DNA of 64,000 bases from Eledone cirrhosa (GCA_964016885.1 OZ024748.1:13516001-13580000); one strand, 5' to 3'. Shown: positions 30,257 through 45,051, counted from the stretch's first letter. Notes: generated by a model from the sequence alone, not told the origin. Program-made: numbers and translations.

Positions 30257-30337
30257 TGTATGTATGTATGTATGTATGTATGTATGTATGTATGTATGTA
30301 TGTATGTATGTATGTATGTATGTATGTATGTATGCAT

Positions 30338-30790
30338 GGGCAAAGGAGCTCTTAAGAGTCAATGACCATCCAAAATCACCGGGAGAGATGACCCCTCAGC
30401 CTTTGTCAAGGCAGAATTCTAGGAGAAGGAAAACTCTGATATAACACCTGCAACCCTGATGGTATCCAATGATGTTGACTTGTTCTTCTTTTTGGTAAAT
30501 ATCATCTTGGTTAAGAGAGTGGGACTGGCTTTGTGCAGTGCCTTTGCTCACTATAAAAGCTTCACGGCACAGGCATTGCTTTATATCTGGAGATCTCTCT
30601 GCACTTGTCATCACATGGTACCATGGGCCTAGCACTATGTGTCAATAATTGTCACAAGTGTAGTGTTTGTACCAGAGTTTTCAAGTCGCAGGCTGGACTA
30701 AAAAGTCACACTCGTTCAGCGCATCGGTAGGGGTTCTCCTACATGGATATAAAGTGGTGGCCGTACTCGAAAACGAGTTGGCAGCCACCA
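30338..30790 (+). mobile_element. Bipartite RTE-derived element retaining the C-terminal C2H2 zinc finger remnant
   Basis: 5' part homologous to 29790-30000; 30650-30730 translates CHKCSVCTRVFKSQAGLKSHTRSAHR*; (tatg)n tail. Confidence 0.75.
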
Positions 30791-31728
30791 TGTATGTATG
30801 TATGTGTGTATTCTGTCAGGAGTTTCGACCGGTAAATATTCTGAAAAAAATGGAAACAACAATGTAAACACCAATGGAAGCATTGTTCCCGTGGTCCACT
30901 TTGACCAGCTCCAAGCCGATCGGCAAGGGGATAAGTTCCGGGACTGCTAAAAAAGAGATTAAAAAAAAAACTTACGTGCTGGTAAGCTAATAAAATTGGG
31001 TTTTTTAATTTTGTTCTCTGACCATACCAAACTAAACCCGCATTTTCTACTACATTCACCTATTCCATATCAAAAGGTAATTTATAAAACTGTCTGTCCC
31101 TGTCGAGTGTTATTTTTTCAAAACACAAAGATGTTTTACTTAATTCATTACAAGAAATTATTGTAAATAAAATTATATAATTATGTATGTAACTGTAGTT
31201 AAAAGTTCCTTAAATCAGTGTCCGAGCATTATATGTTTAATAATACGTATATTTATCAAACTCCTGAAAATTTATTCAAACTAAATAATAACGAAGGAAC
31301 ATAACTCATTTACATTATCTGACAGAGTTATTTCCCCGAATTATTAGTTTATATTCTATTCAATGCGCGTCAAGTGGATAGACGGAAACTGTTACCAAGT
31401 ACTTCAGATGGACTGTGCAATTGTAAAGTTTCATTTTTTTCACACTGTATATCAAGCTGACTATCCCTGAGAATGTTTTAATGAGTTCAACTCTCTGTGG
31501 TGTACTCACCAACTTACGCCTAAATATAACGAGTAAGACGTTCTGACGTTGAAAATCAGATGAGGTCACATTTGACTTTCTAACTTCCGGAGTTGATAAA
31601 TGAAAATACTAGTCAAGTACTGTGGTTGATTGATTCGGCATTCCCCTCTCATACTCATCATCGAAACCGACATCTATTTATCAAATATAACTTGCCTATA
31701 TTAAACCCGTGTCTTCTATTAATAACTT

Positions 31729-32190
31729 ATTCTAACATAGGCACAAGGTGAGTGGAGAAAGTTGATAAAATTAACACCAGTACATTACTGGTACATTATT
31801 TTATCGAGATCGGGAAGGAACAAAAACAAAACGATCTTATCGAGATTTGGACTTAGAACGTAAAGGGCCCTAAACATATGCAATAATGAATTTTGTCCCA
31901 CGCATTAGCGATTGCGCCATTCCAAGGATATGGTAATAAAGGTTTCTAACTTACGCACAAAACCAGACATTTGGGGCCAAAAGTAGAAACAATTATTATT
32001 AATAGCAAAGTGTGGTGGATTAACAGTATCGGTAGAGCGTTCTGAGTACAAATTCTGCAATGGTTAGCTTTGCTTTTCATCCTTACGGGATCGATAAAAT
32101 AAAGTACCAGTAATGAACTGAGGTCGATTTAATCGACTTTCCCCCGCCCTAAAAATTGCTGGCCTTGTGCCAATAGTAGAAACAATTATT
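31729..32190. mobile_element. Cluster of Meta-core SINE copies (minus 31729-31925; plus 32012-32190 stacked on a tail remnant)
   Basis: SINE core in both orientations; TSD ttattaatagcaaa at 31996 and 32186. Confidence 0.75.
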
Positions 32191-32509
32191 AATAGCAAAT
32201 TCGAAAATAATCACAATTAAGTCTACATGAGTCATCTCCCCTAAATGTATCTACTTTAAAATTTGTTCGTGAGAACATTCGTATCAGACCCTGACTCATC
32301 TGAGGAGAAATACATATTTACTTCTATTCGATGTCTCATTCTTTCCTTATAGGAAGTCCATTGAATTAACTGCAATCCTTACCAAATTTCGTGACTCAGA
32401 GTCGTTGTGGCGTTGCAGAGTGGAGCAGTATACCAGCTTACTTCAACCATCCAACTCATGAGTCAGGTCTTTGATTGTTGCAAGATTTTCATCTCTCCAT
32501 TCCTTGATG

Positions 32510-32850
32510 TTTGGTTTATAGTCTGTTGGGTATATAGTCGTGAGTTCGTGAGTTCAATTCTCGCACCGATCTTTGTATTATGTTCTTGAGCAAGACACTT
32601 TATTTCACGTTGCTCAAGTTCACTCAGCTATAGAAATGAGTTGAGACGTTACTGGTACCAAGTTCTATCAGCCATTGCCTTTCCCTTGCACAATATCGGC
32701 GGTGTGGAGAGGGGAGACTGGTACGATAGCTGACTGCTAGTCTTCCACAAGCAACCTTACCCAGACTTATGGCTCAGTTGGGAGGAACATTCTAGGTTCA
32801 AATCCCAAAGTCATTCGTGACTGAGGAAGAGAGGAGGGGGGTGTCTTTAC
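32510..32850 (+). mobile_element. Second tRNA-derived SINE family
   Basis: gtgagttcaattc B-box, then cttgagcaagacactttatttcacgttgctc..cactcagct core; reverse fragment at 60010-60093. Confidence 0.7.
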
Positions 32851-33230
32851 TCCTCTTCTTATCTGCTTAATATGTCTTTGGGGGTCTTACACTTTTTATT
32901 TTTTTACCGTGAACAGTTACTTGGACTATGGTTTTAATTAATCTAATCCTTCTTGTTACAAGGGCGTACCATATTTTAGATGCTTTTGGAGTCAGAGAGA
33001 GATCACATCCCGTGAGTAGATCATATATATATATATATATATACAGACACAACACTATACACACTAGTGACACAGCACACATAACACTATACACACACGC
33101 AAACGCATGCGCAAAGAAGACAAAATAAAATAAAATAAACAAACAAGCAAATAAATAAATAAATATATAGACAGACTGAATAAAAAATGGCGTAGACATA
33201 CAACACAACAGGAGGAACAAAGAATATAAC

Positions 33231-33280
33231 ACCACTGACGATGTTGCAGATGTGCAACGAAAGATTTATGTAAATTATGT
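33231..33280 (+). ncRNA. Degenerate hammerhead inside a TA-flanked element (33043-33482)
   Basis: CTGACGA-t-gttgca(gatg)tgcaac-GAAA-gattta(tg)taaat; cleavage-site region imperfect; element 3' end 33415-33482 is homologous to 13911-13981 (minus). Confidence 0.55.
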
Positions 33281-34181
33281 AAACTATATATATGTGTTTG
33301 TGTCTATATTGTATCTGTATTATTTTTGACCGTCGGTCAGTCAATGGCAACATTGAGGACCGAGTAAGTTTGATCGCAGATATAAAAGACAGCGAGAAGC
33401 GAAAACCAACCAAACAGTGAGTGTGTTCTGTTATTAATTCTGGCAATATTACGCAAATATGACCCTCCCCAAGTATAACCATATATATATATATATATCT
33501 ATATATATATATATAAGGATGATTTTTTATGTCTTCATTACGTTTACTGAGTAGTGACGCGCGTTTCGCTATTGATCAGCTCATCGTTCGATCTGTATCG
33601 ATCTAGCCCGAATCGTACTTTTATTATTATATTTACACTCTGCTTAGTTCTACACCACTTTACAGAGATTGGAAATACGCATCGAGTGCTCACTCGGGTG
33701 AACCTACAGAAACTGCACATTACACTCCCTAGATATATATTCATAAGTTTAGTAATGCCCGCATATACACATACACACATGCACACACATACAAACACAT
33801 ATTCACACATAAACGGCACTCAGGCACAGAGAGACAACATTCAATGGGTCTTATGAGTCACTACTGATGGCTGTTTGTAGGTTGTTTAATTCCATACTAT
33901 TTCTGATCGAGAAGAAAATAATGATGAAAGGTGTTCCAAACACGACAACCTATCCTTTTTCTGAAATTCCACGACGATATTCTCTATTGCAGCCTATCAG
34001 ACAGACCCTACGGAGGGGGCCCATATGTTGACCTCACTTCAGCCTATCATAGACTAATGAAGGACCCAAATTATCCACTACGTGGTGGGCCCCGGAGATT
34101 ATTGACTTATTTCAGATCTCTTCTGTCGATCAGGCGAAGCACAATAATCTGGCATAGCAACAATTAGTCTCTCACATTCAC

Positions 34182-34228
<47 letters not shown>

Positions 34229-35400
34229 TTTCTTTATTAACCACAAGGGTTTACATAAAGTAGACATTAAGGACAGTGCAGGACAATGCAGGACGGTACA
34301 AATGGGCATTTCTGCGTGTAAAAAAACAAAAAAACAGAGGGTGTAACAAAAAATAACAATGAAAAATTCCCCAATAGGGGGGAGACTTCGGAGGGACATT
34401 TGTGGAGAAAGCCCAGTAAAAAGCCACAATGACCCTGACCACCAAGGCAAGTGCCCTCTCCCAGTTTTCCACCTTTAATTTACAGATATATACTAAGAGT
34501 AGGCCCATTCACTCGGGCCATTCTTGCTTCTCTCACCCATCTTTCAACAAAATGCTGGGAAGAGAGCACTTCCCTCTCTACTCTGATTTTCCTTTGCAAA
34601 TGAAATTTGAAAAAGTCAATCAGAGCATCACCGAAGAGGTAAGTGCTCGTCTTCAGCCCTTTCAAACGTGTCCACCATACTATCTCTTTCGCCATGGCCA
34701 CCAGACAGATAAAAACTGCCTGCCCTTCCCGGCTAAAGGAGGAGGGCGGGGCAATCCTCACGATGGACTCAGATGATAGCCGGATCCGTCCTAAACGCGA
34801 CAGCAGGTGTTCGACATAAACCCACATTCAGCAATTTTCGGACACTGGACGAGTGCGTGCAGGACGGTTTCGTCTCCCTGCGCGCATCTCGGACATGCCC
34901 GGCTGACGGTACCTCCATGCCTGTAGAGTTTATCCCGAACTGGCAAGGCTCCTCGGTAGCACTGCCAGGCCAGAGATTTCTGGAAGTTGTCCATAGGCCC
35001 TGGCCCGAAAGTTCTTCCGAAGAGATTGGCTAGTTGATTTTCGTCGACGCCTAGAGTTTCCCCAAGTACGTCGTCGCTCTTCCCCTCGACTAATCCTCTA
35101 TAGAACGCCGAGGTGGAGTTTCCACCGATCACATTGCCCGATTGGTCGAGGGCTGTGAGCGCCTGAAGACATTCCAGTCTCCAGGCGCTCCCTCTCGGTC
35201 TTCGCTTGACCCAGGACTGCAGCTCCGTCAAGGAAACGAGCTGGGGAAATACGTGTCTAGCAAACGGCGACCACACCTGATCACCGTCGAGGAAGAGGTG
35301 GATATGTCGTAGCCTGAGCGCGTGCCTGCGCATCATCAGCCACGGCATGCCCAGCCCTCCACGTAGCGGGTGTTGACAACAGATGGACCGCCTGACCATC
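34229..35400 (-). mobile_element. 5'-truncated Tx1/L1-clade LINE (ORF2 C-terminus with zf-RVT) in (AAT)n
   Basis: HPLRGGLGMP motif and W.CYRGALPVRDKL..CPRC...ETVLHALVQC knuckle; frameshift near 34825, stop at 34480; (aat)n on both flanks. Confidence 0.9.
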
Positions 35401-36131
35401 AATAATAATAATAATAATAAGGAGAAGAAGAAGAAGAAGAAGAAGAAGAAGAAGAAGAAAAGCATCAGTAGCAGCCACTTGAAGTATTTAATAACACCAG
35501 TACAGCAAATATATGATACCATCTCAGTTCTCTCCCTTGAAGCTTCACGGGAGGCTACTGGAAAGAAATATGTAAGATTTATCTTTTCGCTAAATCTGTT
35601 CTTAATGCGGGAGAATCATGTTTTCGTGAAATTTCAACACACGTAAACGTGAAATCACAGACACGAGCACACGTTTAGCTATATTATGAGACTCAAACGT
35701 ATTTATGTGCGTTTGTGTGAGTATATATGCCTCTGACACTCTGTTTCTCATGTCTGTATGTATATATTTATATATTTATATGTATATACACACAAGCAAC
35801 ACACACATACAAACACACACATACACACTCACATACACACACACACATACACACACACATACACACATATACACATACATACACACACACACAAACACTC
35901 ACACATGCACACGCACACACACGCACACACATACACATCATACACACACGCACAGACACATATATACACACATACACACACATACACGCACACACACACA
36001 TACAAACACACACATATACACACAAACACTCACACATACACACGCACGCACACACACACACACACAAACACTCACACATACACACGCATGAACGCACACA
36101 CATATATATGTATATACATATATATAAACAT

Positions 36132-36248
36132 ATAATTGTGTCTACTTTTGGCACAAGGCCAGCAAATACCCAGTACATTACTGGTACTTTATTTCATCGA
36201 CCCCGTAAGGATGAAAGGCAAAGTTAACTTCGGCGGGATTTGAACTCA
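36132..36248 (-). mobile_element. Meta-core SINE, 5' truncated
   Basis: Reverse SINE tail and core. Confidence 0.88.
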
Positions 36249-36264
36249 TACTCATAATACGACC

Positions 36265-36920
36265 TACATACACACATACTTGCATACGTTCGTACATACA
36301 CACTTGCACACACATGCATACACACATACATACACACTCATGCATACACACATACATATATACATACACACACATACATACACACTTGCACACACATGCA
36401 TACATACACACATAAATACACACTCAGGCATACACACATACATATATACATACACCCACATACATACACACTTGCACACACATGCATACACACATACATA
36501 CACACTCATGCATGCACACACATACATACACACTTGCACACACATGCATACACACATACATAAACACTCATGCATACACACATACATATATACATACACA
36601 CACATACATACGCACTTGCACACACATACATACACACATACATACACACTCATGCATACACACATACATATATACATACACACACATACATACACACTTG
36701 CACACACATGCATACACACTTGCACACACATGCATGCATACACACATAAATACATACTCAGGCATACACACATACATATATACATACACACACATACATA
36801 CACACTGATGCATACACATATACACACACACACATACATACATATACACACCCGTACATGCATACTCATACATACACACACATGCATACACACACATACA
36901 TACATACATACATACATACA
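36265..36920. repeat. CA/CATA-derived higher-order minisatellite
   Basis: Recurrent cacacttgcacacacatgcatacaca...cactcatgcatac motif. Confidence 0.8.
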
Positions 36921-36990
36921 TTCTTACATGAAATAGAGAAAGAGAGAGAGAGGGGGAGAGAGTGAAAGAAAGAGAGAGAGAGAGAGGGAA

Positions 36991-37087
<97 letters not shown>

Positions 37088-37475
37088 GTTGGAACAGTGT
37101 TAATTTGTTGTGCTTGGTGTACATCGTGCGTATATTGTATTTGTTATATATATTATATATAGTATATATGTTATATAAAGTGTATATAATGTATATGATG
37201 TATATGGTGTATAGGAACACTGTTTTAAGAGGTAATGGGTGGTAATTCTGAATATTTAGATCATTCTCAAAGAATTTATATGATGTTCAATCAAGATCGA
37301 TGATCGATGAGGAAAGAAATGGAGCGTTTAATGCCAACCAATTCTTTGTTATTTGAGTCTCTCTATAAAACCTTATGTTCTTTCATGTTCTCTTGAAATA
37401 TACACACTCACTCCTAAGCCTGCATCACCCCCACCTTGCTTCAATCATTCTCTCTCTCTCTCTCTCTCCCTCTCC

Positions 37476-37540
<65 letters not shown>

Positions 37541-37870
37541 CACACATATATATATATACACACACACTCACACACACACACACACACACACACATATAAC
37601 ATATATATACACACACTCACACACACACATATATATATACACACACATATAACATTTATATATACATATATATTGGGTAAGAATCGAAGTTGTAGCCACC
37701 ATACAGCTGGTATTAATCAAGCTGTGTGAAGCAATCCCAAAGCACTCAATGTATCGTGAAGCTAAACATTATTGTTGAAAGTAAAACAACAGTTATAAAG
37801 TGTGACAACAAGAAAAACAACCGAAGGCAGTGTCAATGCTGAATGTGTGTGTGTGTATTAATCTATCTAT

Positions 37871-38266
37871 TATGGTAATGCCAAAAGTAAGGTCTCCAAA
37901 GCGATGGGGACGCAGAGAAACTGTTCGTACGGCTGCGTTGGCAACACTGTTGTGATCGGTGTTTCCTTTACTCCCAAATAAGCATGCGCGGGCTTCGCTG
38001 GGATGCTCCATCTTGGCTTGGCAGCCGTTGAGAATGGAGCTCCCGTTGAACGCAACCGCCAAGTGCGAATTTCGCGCAGTTATCATATAGAGGGCAATCC
38101 CAAAAGTAAGGTCTCCTTCCGAAGAAAACTTGTGTAAAGATCGGTGGATCACTCCGGATGCTCTCTGCATTTTGGTTCCTGAGGTTTCCCGAAGCACCAT
38201 CCACAGGATTTTAACGGAAAAGTTGCAATATCGGAAGGAGACCTTACATTTGGGACTGCCCTCGTA
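37871..38266 (+). mobile_element. Mariner remnant: 5' end plus internally deleted TIR-bounded unit (38088-38266)
   Basis: TIR gagggcaatcccaaaagtaaggtctcc / ggagaccttacatttgggactgccctcgTA; extra left TIR at 37871; peptides MELPLNATAKCEFRAVI (from 38034) and DRWITPDALCILVPEVSRSTIHRILTEKLQYRK (mariner HTH-like). Confidence 0.85.
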
Positions 38267-38914
38267 TTTCCCCCTAAAGATGTTTCTTACAACCCCACAT
38301 ATTTTCTCCTCTCCTCTCTCCTCTCATTAACACTTTTTTTCTTAATTTCTGACTATCAAAAACACCTTGTGTTTCTATCTTCCGATGATGGTCTAGCTTC
38401 CGAAACGTTAATACATTTTATCAAAACTCTATTTTACACTTTTCTCGCGCTCTTATCCTCTTTCTTTCGTCTACGCCCTCTCTCTGTCTGTCTCTCTCTA
38501 TCTCTCTCTCTCCTTCTCTCTCTTTCTCCCTAGTCACACGTACTTTATGTTCCCACTACACACACAAAATACGTCACACTCCCGTCACCAACACCATTAC
38601 CAATATCTTCGTCACGTACATCACAACTATCACCACCATCACCATCACTACCCCCCTCGTCACCAGTTGTTCCCGCTTTATACACGAGATCTACAAAATG
38701 TTTAAAGGACTTTACTATCAGATAACCGAATCAATTTTAGTGATAAAAAAAACTCCCAGGAGAGCTGGACAACAGAAGGTTTTCTGAGAAGAAACCTCGC
38801 TCAATGAAATGTTTCGGTCCTTAAGTTTAGAAAGAAACAGAACGATTTTATATTGTATTCTTCTTTGATTAGAAAGTATTTGACTGTATGACATCAACAA
38901 TTAAAGTCTTTAAT

Positions 38915-39098
38915 ATAATGGTTTCTACTTTTGGCACAAGGCCAGCAATTACTCAATAAATTACTGGTACTTTATTTCATCGACCTCGTATGGATGAAAG
39001 GCAAAGTTAACCTCAGCGGGATTTGAACTCAGACCCTTAAAGGACCGCAACTCCCTTGCTGCAAAGCATGGCGTCCGACCCTCTACCGATACTGCCAT
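38915..39098 (-). mobile_element. Meta-core SINE
   Basis: Reverse complement of the SINE consensus. Confidence 0.9.
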
Positions 39099-39609
39099 TC
39101 ACATTTTTACAACAATTTATTCATCAGTGAAGAACCTAAGAACATTGAATTAAGAAACCACATGAAACTATATTAGCGAACTCTTCTTGTAAAGAATAAA
39201 AAAGCACAATAACTTCTTCACATTCAAATTCAAAATCGTTACTCTACTGTTATTAAAATTCGACGTAATCGATACTATAAACGTTAGCATTAACAAATCT
39301 GTTTTTAGATATTTCTTGCTGAAACATTACAGGATGTTAAGAGTTAAAGAATATATTATTTAAATATATATCTATTCATAATATCTAAGTATTCAAATGC
39401 CGGTAATTATATTAATTTTGAGTTTCAGATTTCATTTTTGTCTATAATTTTAAATTATATTCAAAGATGTATATCAAAATAAATTGAAATAATCTATTAT
39501 GTTGCCATAAAAAAATCAAAGAATCTATTTATATTTTTCTTTCTCTGTTTTATATAAAGGAAAGTCAAAATTCAAATGAGGTGTTTTTAATTTCTTAATA
39601 TAATCATCT

Positions 39610-39983
39610 TTATATTAAAGTTCATCATCATCAGCATCATCACCATCATCACCATCACCATCAACAATACTACTCCTTCTCAAGGTGTACTGGGTGTAAC
39701 ATATCGTGCCCCAGCAGAGTGTACTAGGTGTATTTTCTTTGTTCAAATAAGTGTTAAAATTGAAGCGAATTGATATCTCCGAAAATATATAAATATAATT
39801 TATATTAAAATTTATCATCATCAGCCTTATCCTCATCATCACCACCATTAATACTACTCGTTTTCAAGGTGTACGGGGTGTAATCTATCATGCCCCAGCA
39901 CTAACATATTACAGAGTGTACTGGGTGTATTTTCTTTGTTCAAATAAGTGTTAAAATTGAAGCGAATTCATATCTCCGAAAAT
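39610..39983. repeat. Diverged tandem duplication, period about 190 bp
   Basis: caaggtgtac...gtgtattttctttgttcaaataagtgttaaaattgaagcgaatt.atatctccgaaaat occurs twice. Confidence 0.9.
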
Positions 39984-40035
39984 TGTGATATGATTACGAT
40001 GAGACAAATAAATCCTAACAAGGACTGGACATATT

Positions 40036-40250
40036 GATTTCTAGTATAGGCACAAGACCAGTCATTTGGGGGAGGGGGAAATCGATTAAATCGAACCCAG
40101 CACATTACTGGTGCTTTAATTTACCGACCCTGTAAGGATGAAAAGCAAAGTTAACCTTCGCGGGATTTGAACTCAGAACGTAAAGGTTCATAACTCTATG
40201 CCACTAAGCATATTGTCCTACACTCTACCGATTATGCCAATCCACCGCCC
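40036..40250 (-). mobile_element. Meta-core SINE, long-tail subfamily, full length
   Basis: Ends gccaatccaccgcc; has the extra tail segment. Confidence 0.88.
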
Positions 40251-41312
40251 TATAAAGACTGAACATTATAGAATCAAATACCCATTGTCACTGCTTTCGC
40301 CTCTCTTACTTACCCCATCTCTCACTACTATCATAAACGAATGGGAGGCCGCGGTGGCCGCTCCACCGTCCCGATAGACAGTATTGTTCCCAGCTTAGAA
40401 ATGTCCTACGCATTTCTATGAATCTTCCCAATCACACAGAAGTGTGAGTCTTCACCTTACTTAAGATATCCCAATACTTATATAGCATTGTCGTGGTCTT
40501 CCATACTCATATATTTTGTAATCAACAATGTTTTAAATTCTATTGTCAGTATATGTACCACCACTTGTGGTTAATAGGTTAATAATAAAAATATCATAAT
40601 TATTATTTTGTGTTCAATAAAAGAATCTATAATTGTTGTTGTTACTGTTATTTCGTAATATGATTAAAAAGTACCAATATATTCAGTGTGTGTGTGTGTT
40701 TTTTTTTTTGGGGGGGAGGGCTGTGTGTAGGTGTGTGTTTATGTGTGTAGGTGTGTGTTTATGTGTGTGTTTGCGTGGTTGATTGTATGGTGTACGTAAG
40801 AGTGTGTATATGAGTGTGTATGTCTGTGTGTATGCTTGTGTATGTTTGTATGTGTTTGTGTCTGGCTGTCTGTGGGTGTATGTGCGTATATGTCTAGGTG
40901 TGTGTGTGTGTGTATGTATGTGTTGTGTGCGGAAAAATGTGTATGTATGTAGGCGTGTATGTATGTATGTATGTATGTATGTGCGTATGTGTGTGTTTTA
41001 TTGACTATAATGACCTTCGTATAATCTGTTTCTTCTTTATCTTACTACCCCCCTCTCTCACGCTATAATAATGCCCCCCCCCCCCCCCCCACACACACAC
41101 TTTGTTTCTTTATTACCCTTTACTCCCTACCCCTTTCTACCACCCATACATTTTACATTCAAATTCATTCTGTCTGTAGGCTACAGTTGATTGCTTTTTA
41201 AGTCTATTACCAGATGCTTTCAAAGAGAACAGTCAATAAAACACACACACACACATATACAAACATACATACACACACACATACATATACACACACACAC
41301 ACACACGCACAT

Positions 41313-41378
<66 letters not shown>

Positions 41379-41451
41379 TAGTAGTAGTAGTGATGGTGAT
41401 GGTGATGGTGGTAATTCTGATATTAGAAACATATATATATAGAGAGAGAGA

Positions 41452-41727
41452 GATTCCTGATGATTTCTAAAGAATGAAACAGTTCTAGTCCTGTTGCATC
41501 TCTTTTATACTCTGCTGGAAAATGTGGTAAGGAACCAGGTGGACCATAACGCACCAAAGTACTCAATTCTTGAGGTAGTAGAGTGGATAATAGGAACCAG
41601 TAAGACCCCGACAGCTGAGCTCAAGCCTTTTCGACGGCTAATTCTGGACTAAAAGACGGCTAATTCTTTTAGTCCAGAATTAGCCGTCGAAAAGGCTTGA
41701 GCTCAGCTTGTCGGGGTCTTACTGGTT

Positions 41728-41732
<5 letters not shown>
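41452..41732. mobile_element. Composite: family 1 hammerhead (41452-41500, +) fused to a family 2 element (-) with fold-back palindrome (41590-41732)
   Basis: gattc-CTGATGA-tttc..gaat-GAAA-cag..ctg-TT/gcatc; 41517-41650 is the reverse complement of 45700-45825. Confidence 0.8.
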
Positions 41733-41768
<36 letters not shown>

Positions 41769-42167
41769 TTATATGCCTTTCCTCCTTTCGAGGTTGATAG
41801 AAAAAGGACTCATAAAATACTTGGGTCAATTTGTCCACTATATGTCTTTCTTACTTCAATTCTCTCACTTTCTATCCTTCGCCGAAAGAAATCTGTTGTA
41901 TTCAGACTTAGAAGGGAGATGGGCTCCGTCAGGTTTTGAAAATGCCATAGAATCGCCCTATATCAATACAGTACTCCTAGGACATCCTCATGAGTTAGGG
42001 GACCATATATGTATGCATTCTTGTGGTCCTGATTATCCTCTCTCAACTGTCAATTGAGTCATAAAGCCGTCGTATACCGTGTGTCGTGATATTTCTAGAC
42101 CTGACAAAGCCCAACATGTCTGTACACAGCTGATTTCCGAGAGAGAGAGAGAGAGAGAGAAAGAAAG

Positions 42168-42252
<85 letters not shown>

Positions 42253-43057
42253 GTGCTAGGTGTGAATGATATTCAGATCTTCAGCAAGATTCGATCCCAG
42301 TACTGAATTTATATATTATTTATGTTACTCAAAAGTAAGAAAAGCAAATTTGGCCTCACCTCTGTGGGGTTTGAACTCAGAACGTAAAAAGAAGGAATGA
42401 ATACCGCGCAGCAGCTTATCTGATTTGCTAACAATTCACTGCTCATTGTTATGTTGATGCTATTGGTGAATCAACAAAAGTAGCTATTTCACAATCCCCA
42501 GAGCCGCTCAGCCTGATTTAAATCACGCTTGATAAGTCGTTGATGAATAACCTTAACCATGAAAGATCAACAGATTCAATGTATTTATTAAACCAGTACA
42601 TGACATTAATACATATCTCAGTTTGGTATTTCAACCTTTCTAAGGTCGATGACATAAAAACCTCTCTAGTATTAGATGTCAATATAATCGAACATACCAT
42701 TGCAGCTGGTTTCCATTACAAGGTCGTAATCCAATGCATGGAAACAATAGAAAATAATAAAATATTAAGAGAATAACAGAACAAAAGAATAATCTGGAAT
42801 ATCTAACAGATATACTCTTGTACGATCAAGATTATAAATCTATGGCATAAAGTAGACTATTCTTCTATTCCATCTAAACCATTCCAGCAATTTTTTTTTC
42901 AATCCGTGATACAGAAAATAGTGTTGTTATTCATAAACTTTCATTCTTTTTTCTTATGTTCTCTATAATTGCTTCCATAGAGGAACATTGGAACAACACA
43001 CTTTGTATATTTATCTTTATATCTTGCCGTTTATCATTGAGAAATCTGTATACGGAG

Positions 43058-43170
<113 letters not shown>

Positions 43171-43320
43171 ATACTATTAACGTCTCGGTTTATGAAAATA
43201 CTAGGCCGAATGCAATCGACTAAAGACGTGAATTAAATATATACATACTCACACATACACGTATAAATAAGCACGCACACGCACACATGTATGCTATATA
43301 TATATATATATATATATATA

Positions 43321-43385
<65 letters not shown>

Positions 43386-43549
43386 GAATTGGTGCTCTGA
43401 AATAGCGATATATATATGAATGTATATATAGAGTATTTTGCAATACATTGTATGCTTAATTAAAAGCATTTCGAAGACCTTACGCTATTATTTTAGAGTA
43501 GTGTTAGTCTCACTTACTTTAATTTTCAGCAAACATTTGCAAAATACTC

Positions 43550-43671
<122 letters not shown>

Positions 43672-43689
43672 ATACACAGGAACATGGAA

Positions 43690-44020
43690 TTACTCGGTGT
43701 TTTACCTGAGCACACAGTTAACTGCCCGGGAGTAAGAGAACCTTAGGTCTTGTGAGGACATCGTACTGGGAGGAAGAAAACTCTGGTATAAAACCTAAAT
43801 GGGGGGGGGTGCAATGATGTTGAACTGCTCTTTTTGAATACCTGTAATCGTTGGTCAGAGAGTTGGATTGATCCAGTAAAAAGTCTTCCTTCACTTCAAA
43901 AGCTTTCAAGCACAAGCATCACTTGATCTCTACACGACTTCCTCTTCTGTTGCGGAAGCATGGCCTTTTCTTTTTCTTTCGCTGCAGCAATATCATAAAG
44001 GAATATAATTCCTTGGTAAC
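43690..44020 (+). mobile_element. Old bipartite RTE-derived element
   Basis: ggaggaagaaaactctggtataaaacc...caatgatgttga...gagagttggattg, homologous to 30420-30580. Confidence 0.55.
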
Positions 44021-44064
44021 TAGGGTTAAAATTCTCTACACAGAGATGCAGACATTATATACGT

Positions 44065-44467
<403 letters not shown>

Positions 44468-45051
44468 CATTCCTACAAGCAAATTTATAGGTACTCTGTC
44501 AAATCAATATATACCACTGATACACACACTCACCACATACAAACGAATACAGATAAATTCAGACAAACCTAATATACACGTAAGGTATATACATATCTAT
44601 ATATACATATCTATAACATATAACTGTTAAAGACGGTATTAGTCTTCAATGCTGAATGACACATAACACACTGGTATTAATATTATAGGATATTTATAAT
44701 ATTTTTCTTCTCATTGCTTTTGTTTTATGATTTCTCTTTAGAGATATATATTTTTTTATTTTTCGCGTGTTGGCCGCCATTTTGTATAGTCATTTATAGT
44801 TTTAGATTTTTATTTTTGTTCAGTCAGTGATTTTCAAATTCTAATTTATTCAACTAATGTACCATACCGAGACGACTTGATACAGCATGATTGCATTTTA
44901 GTGGTCAAAGATTCAAAGATAAAACATTGATATTTAGTTAAATATAACCTTCAGTTCCACACAGACAAATACGATTATTTGTACATATACACAAGACTAC
45001 ATGCATACGCAAGTATACACAGATACACACACACACATACACACACACATG

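Noticed and set aside
30650-30730. Host C2H2 zinc-finger gene exon
   Set aside because: It is a single finger followed by a stop and a (tatg)n tail, and is repeated at 49.2 kb; it fits an RTE C-terminus.
38376-38414. CCGATGA...ccGAAACGTTaatac hammerhead-like motif
   Set aside because: It has a core substitution and weak stems; possibly a relic of the 16791 type, but unsupported.
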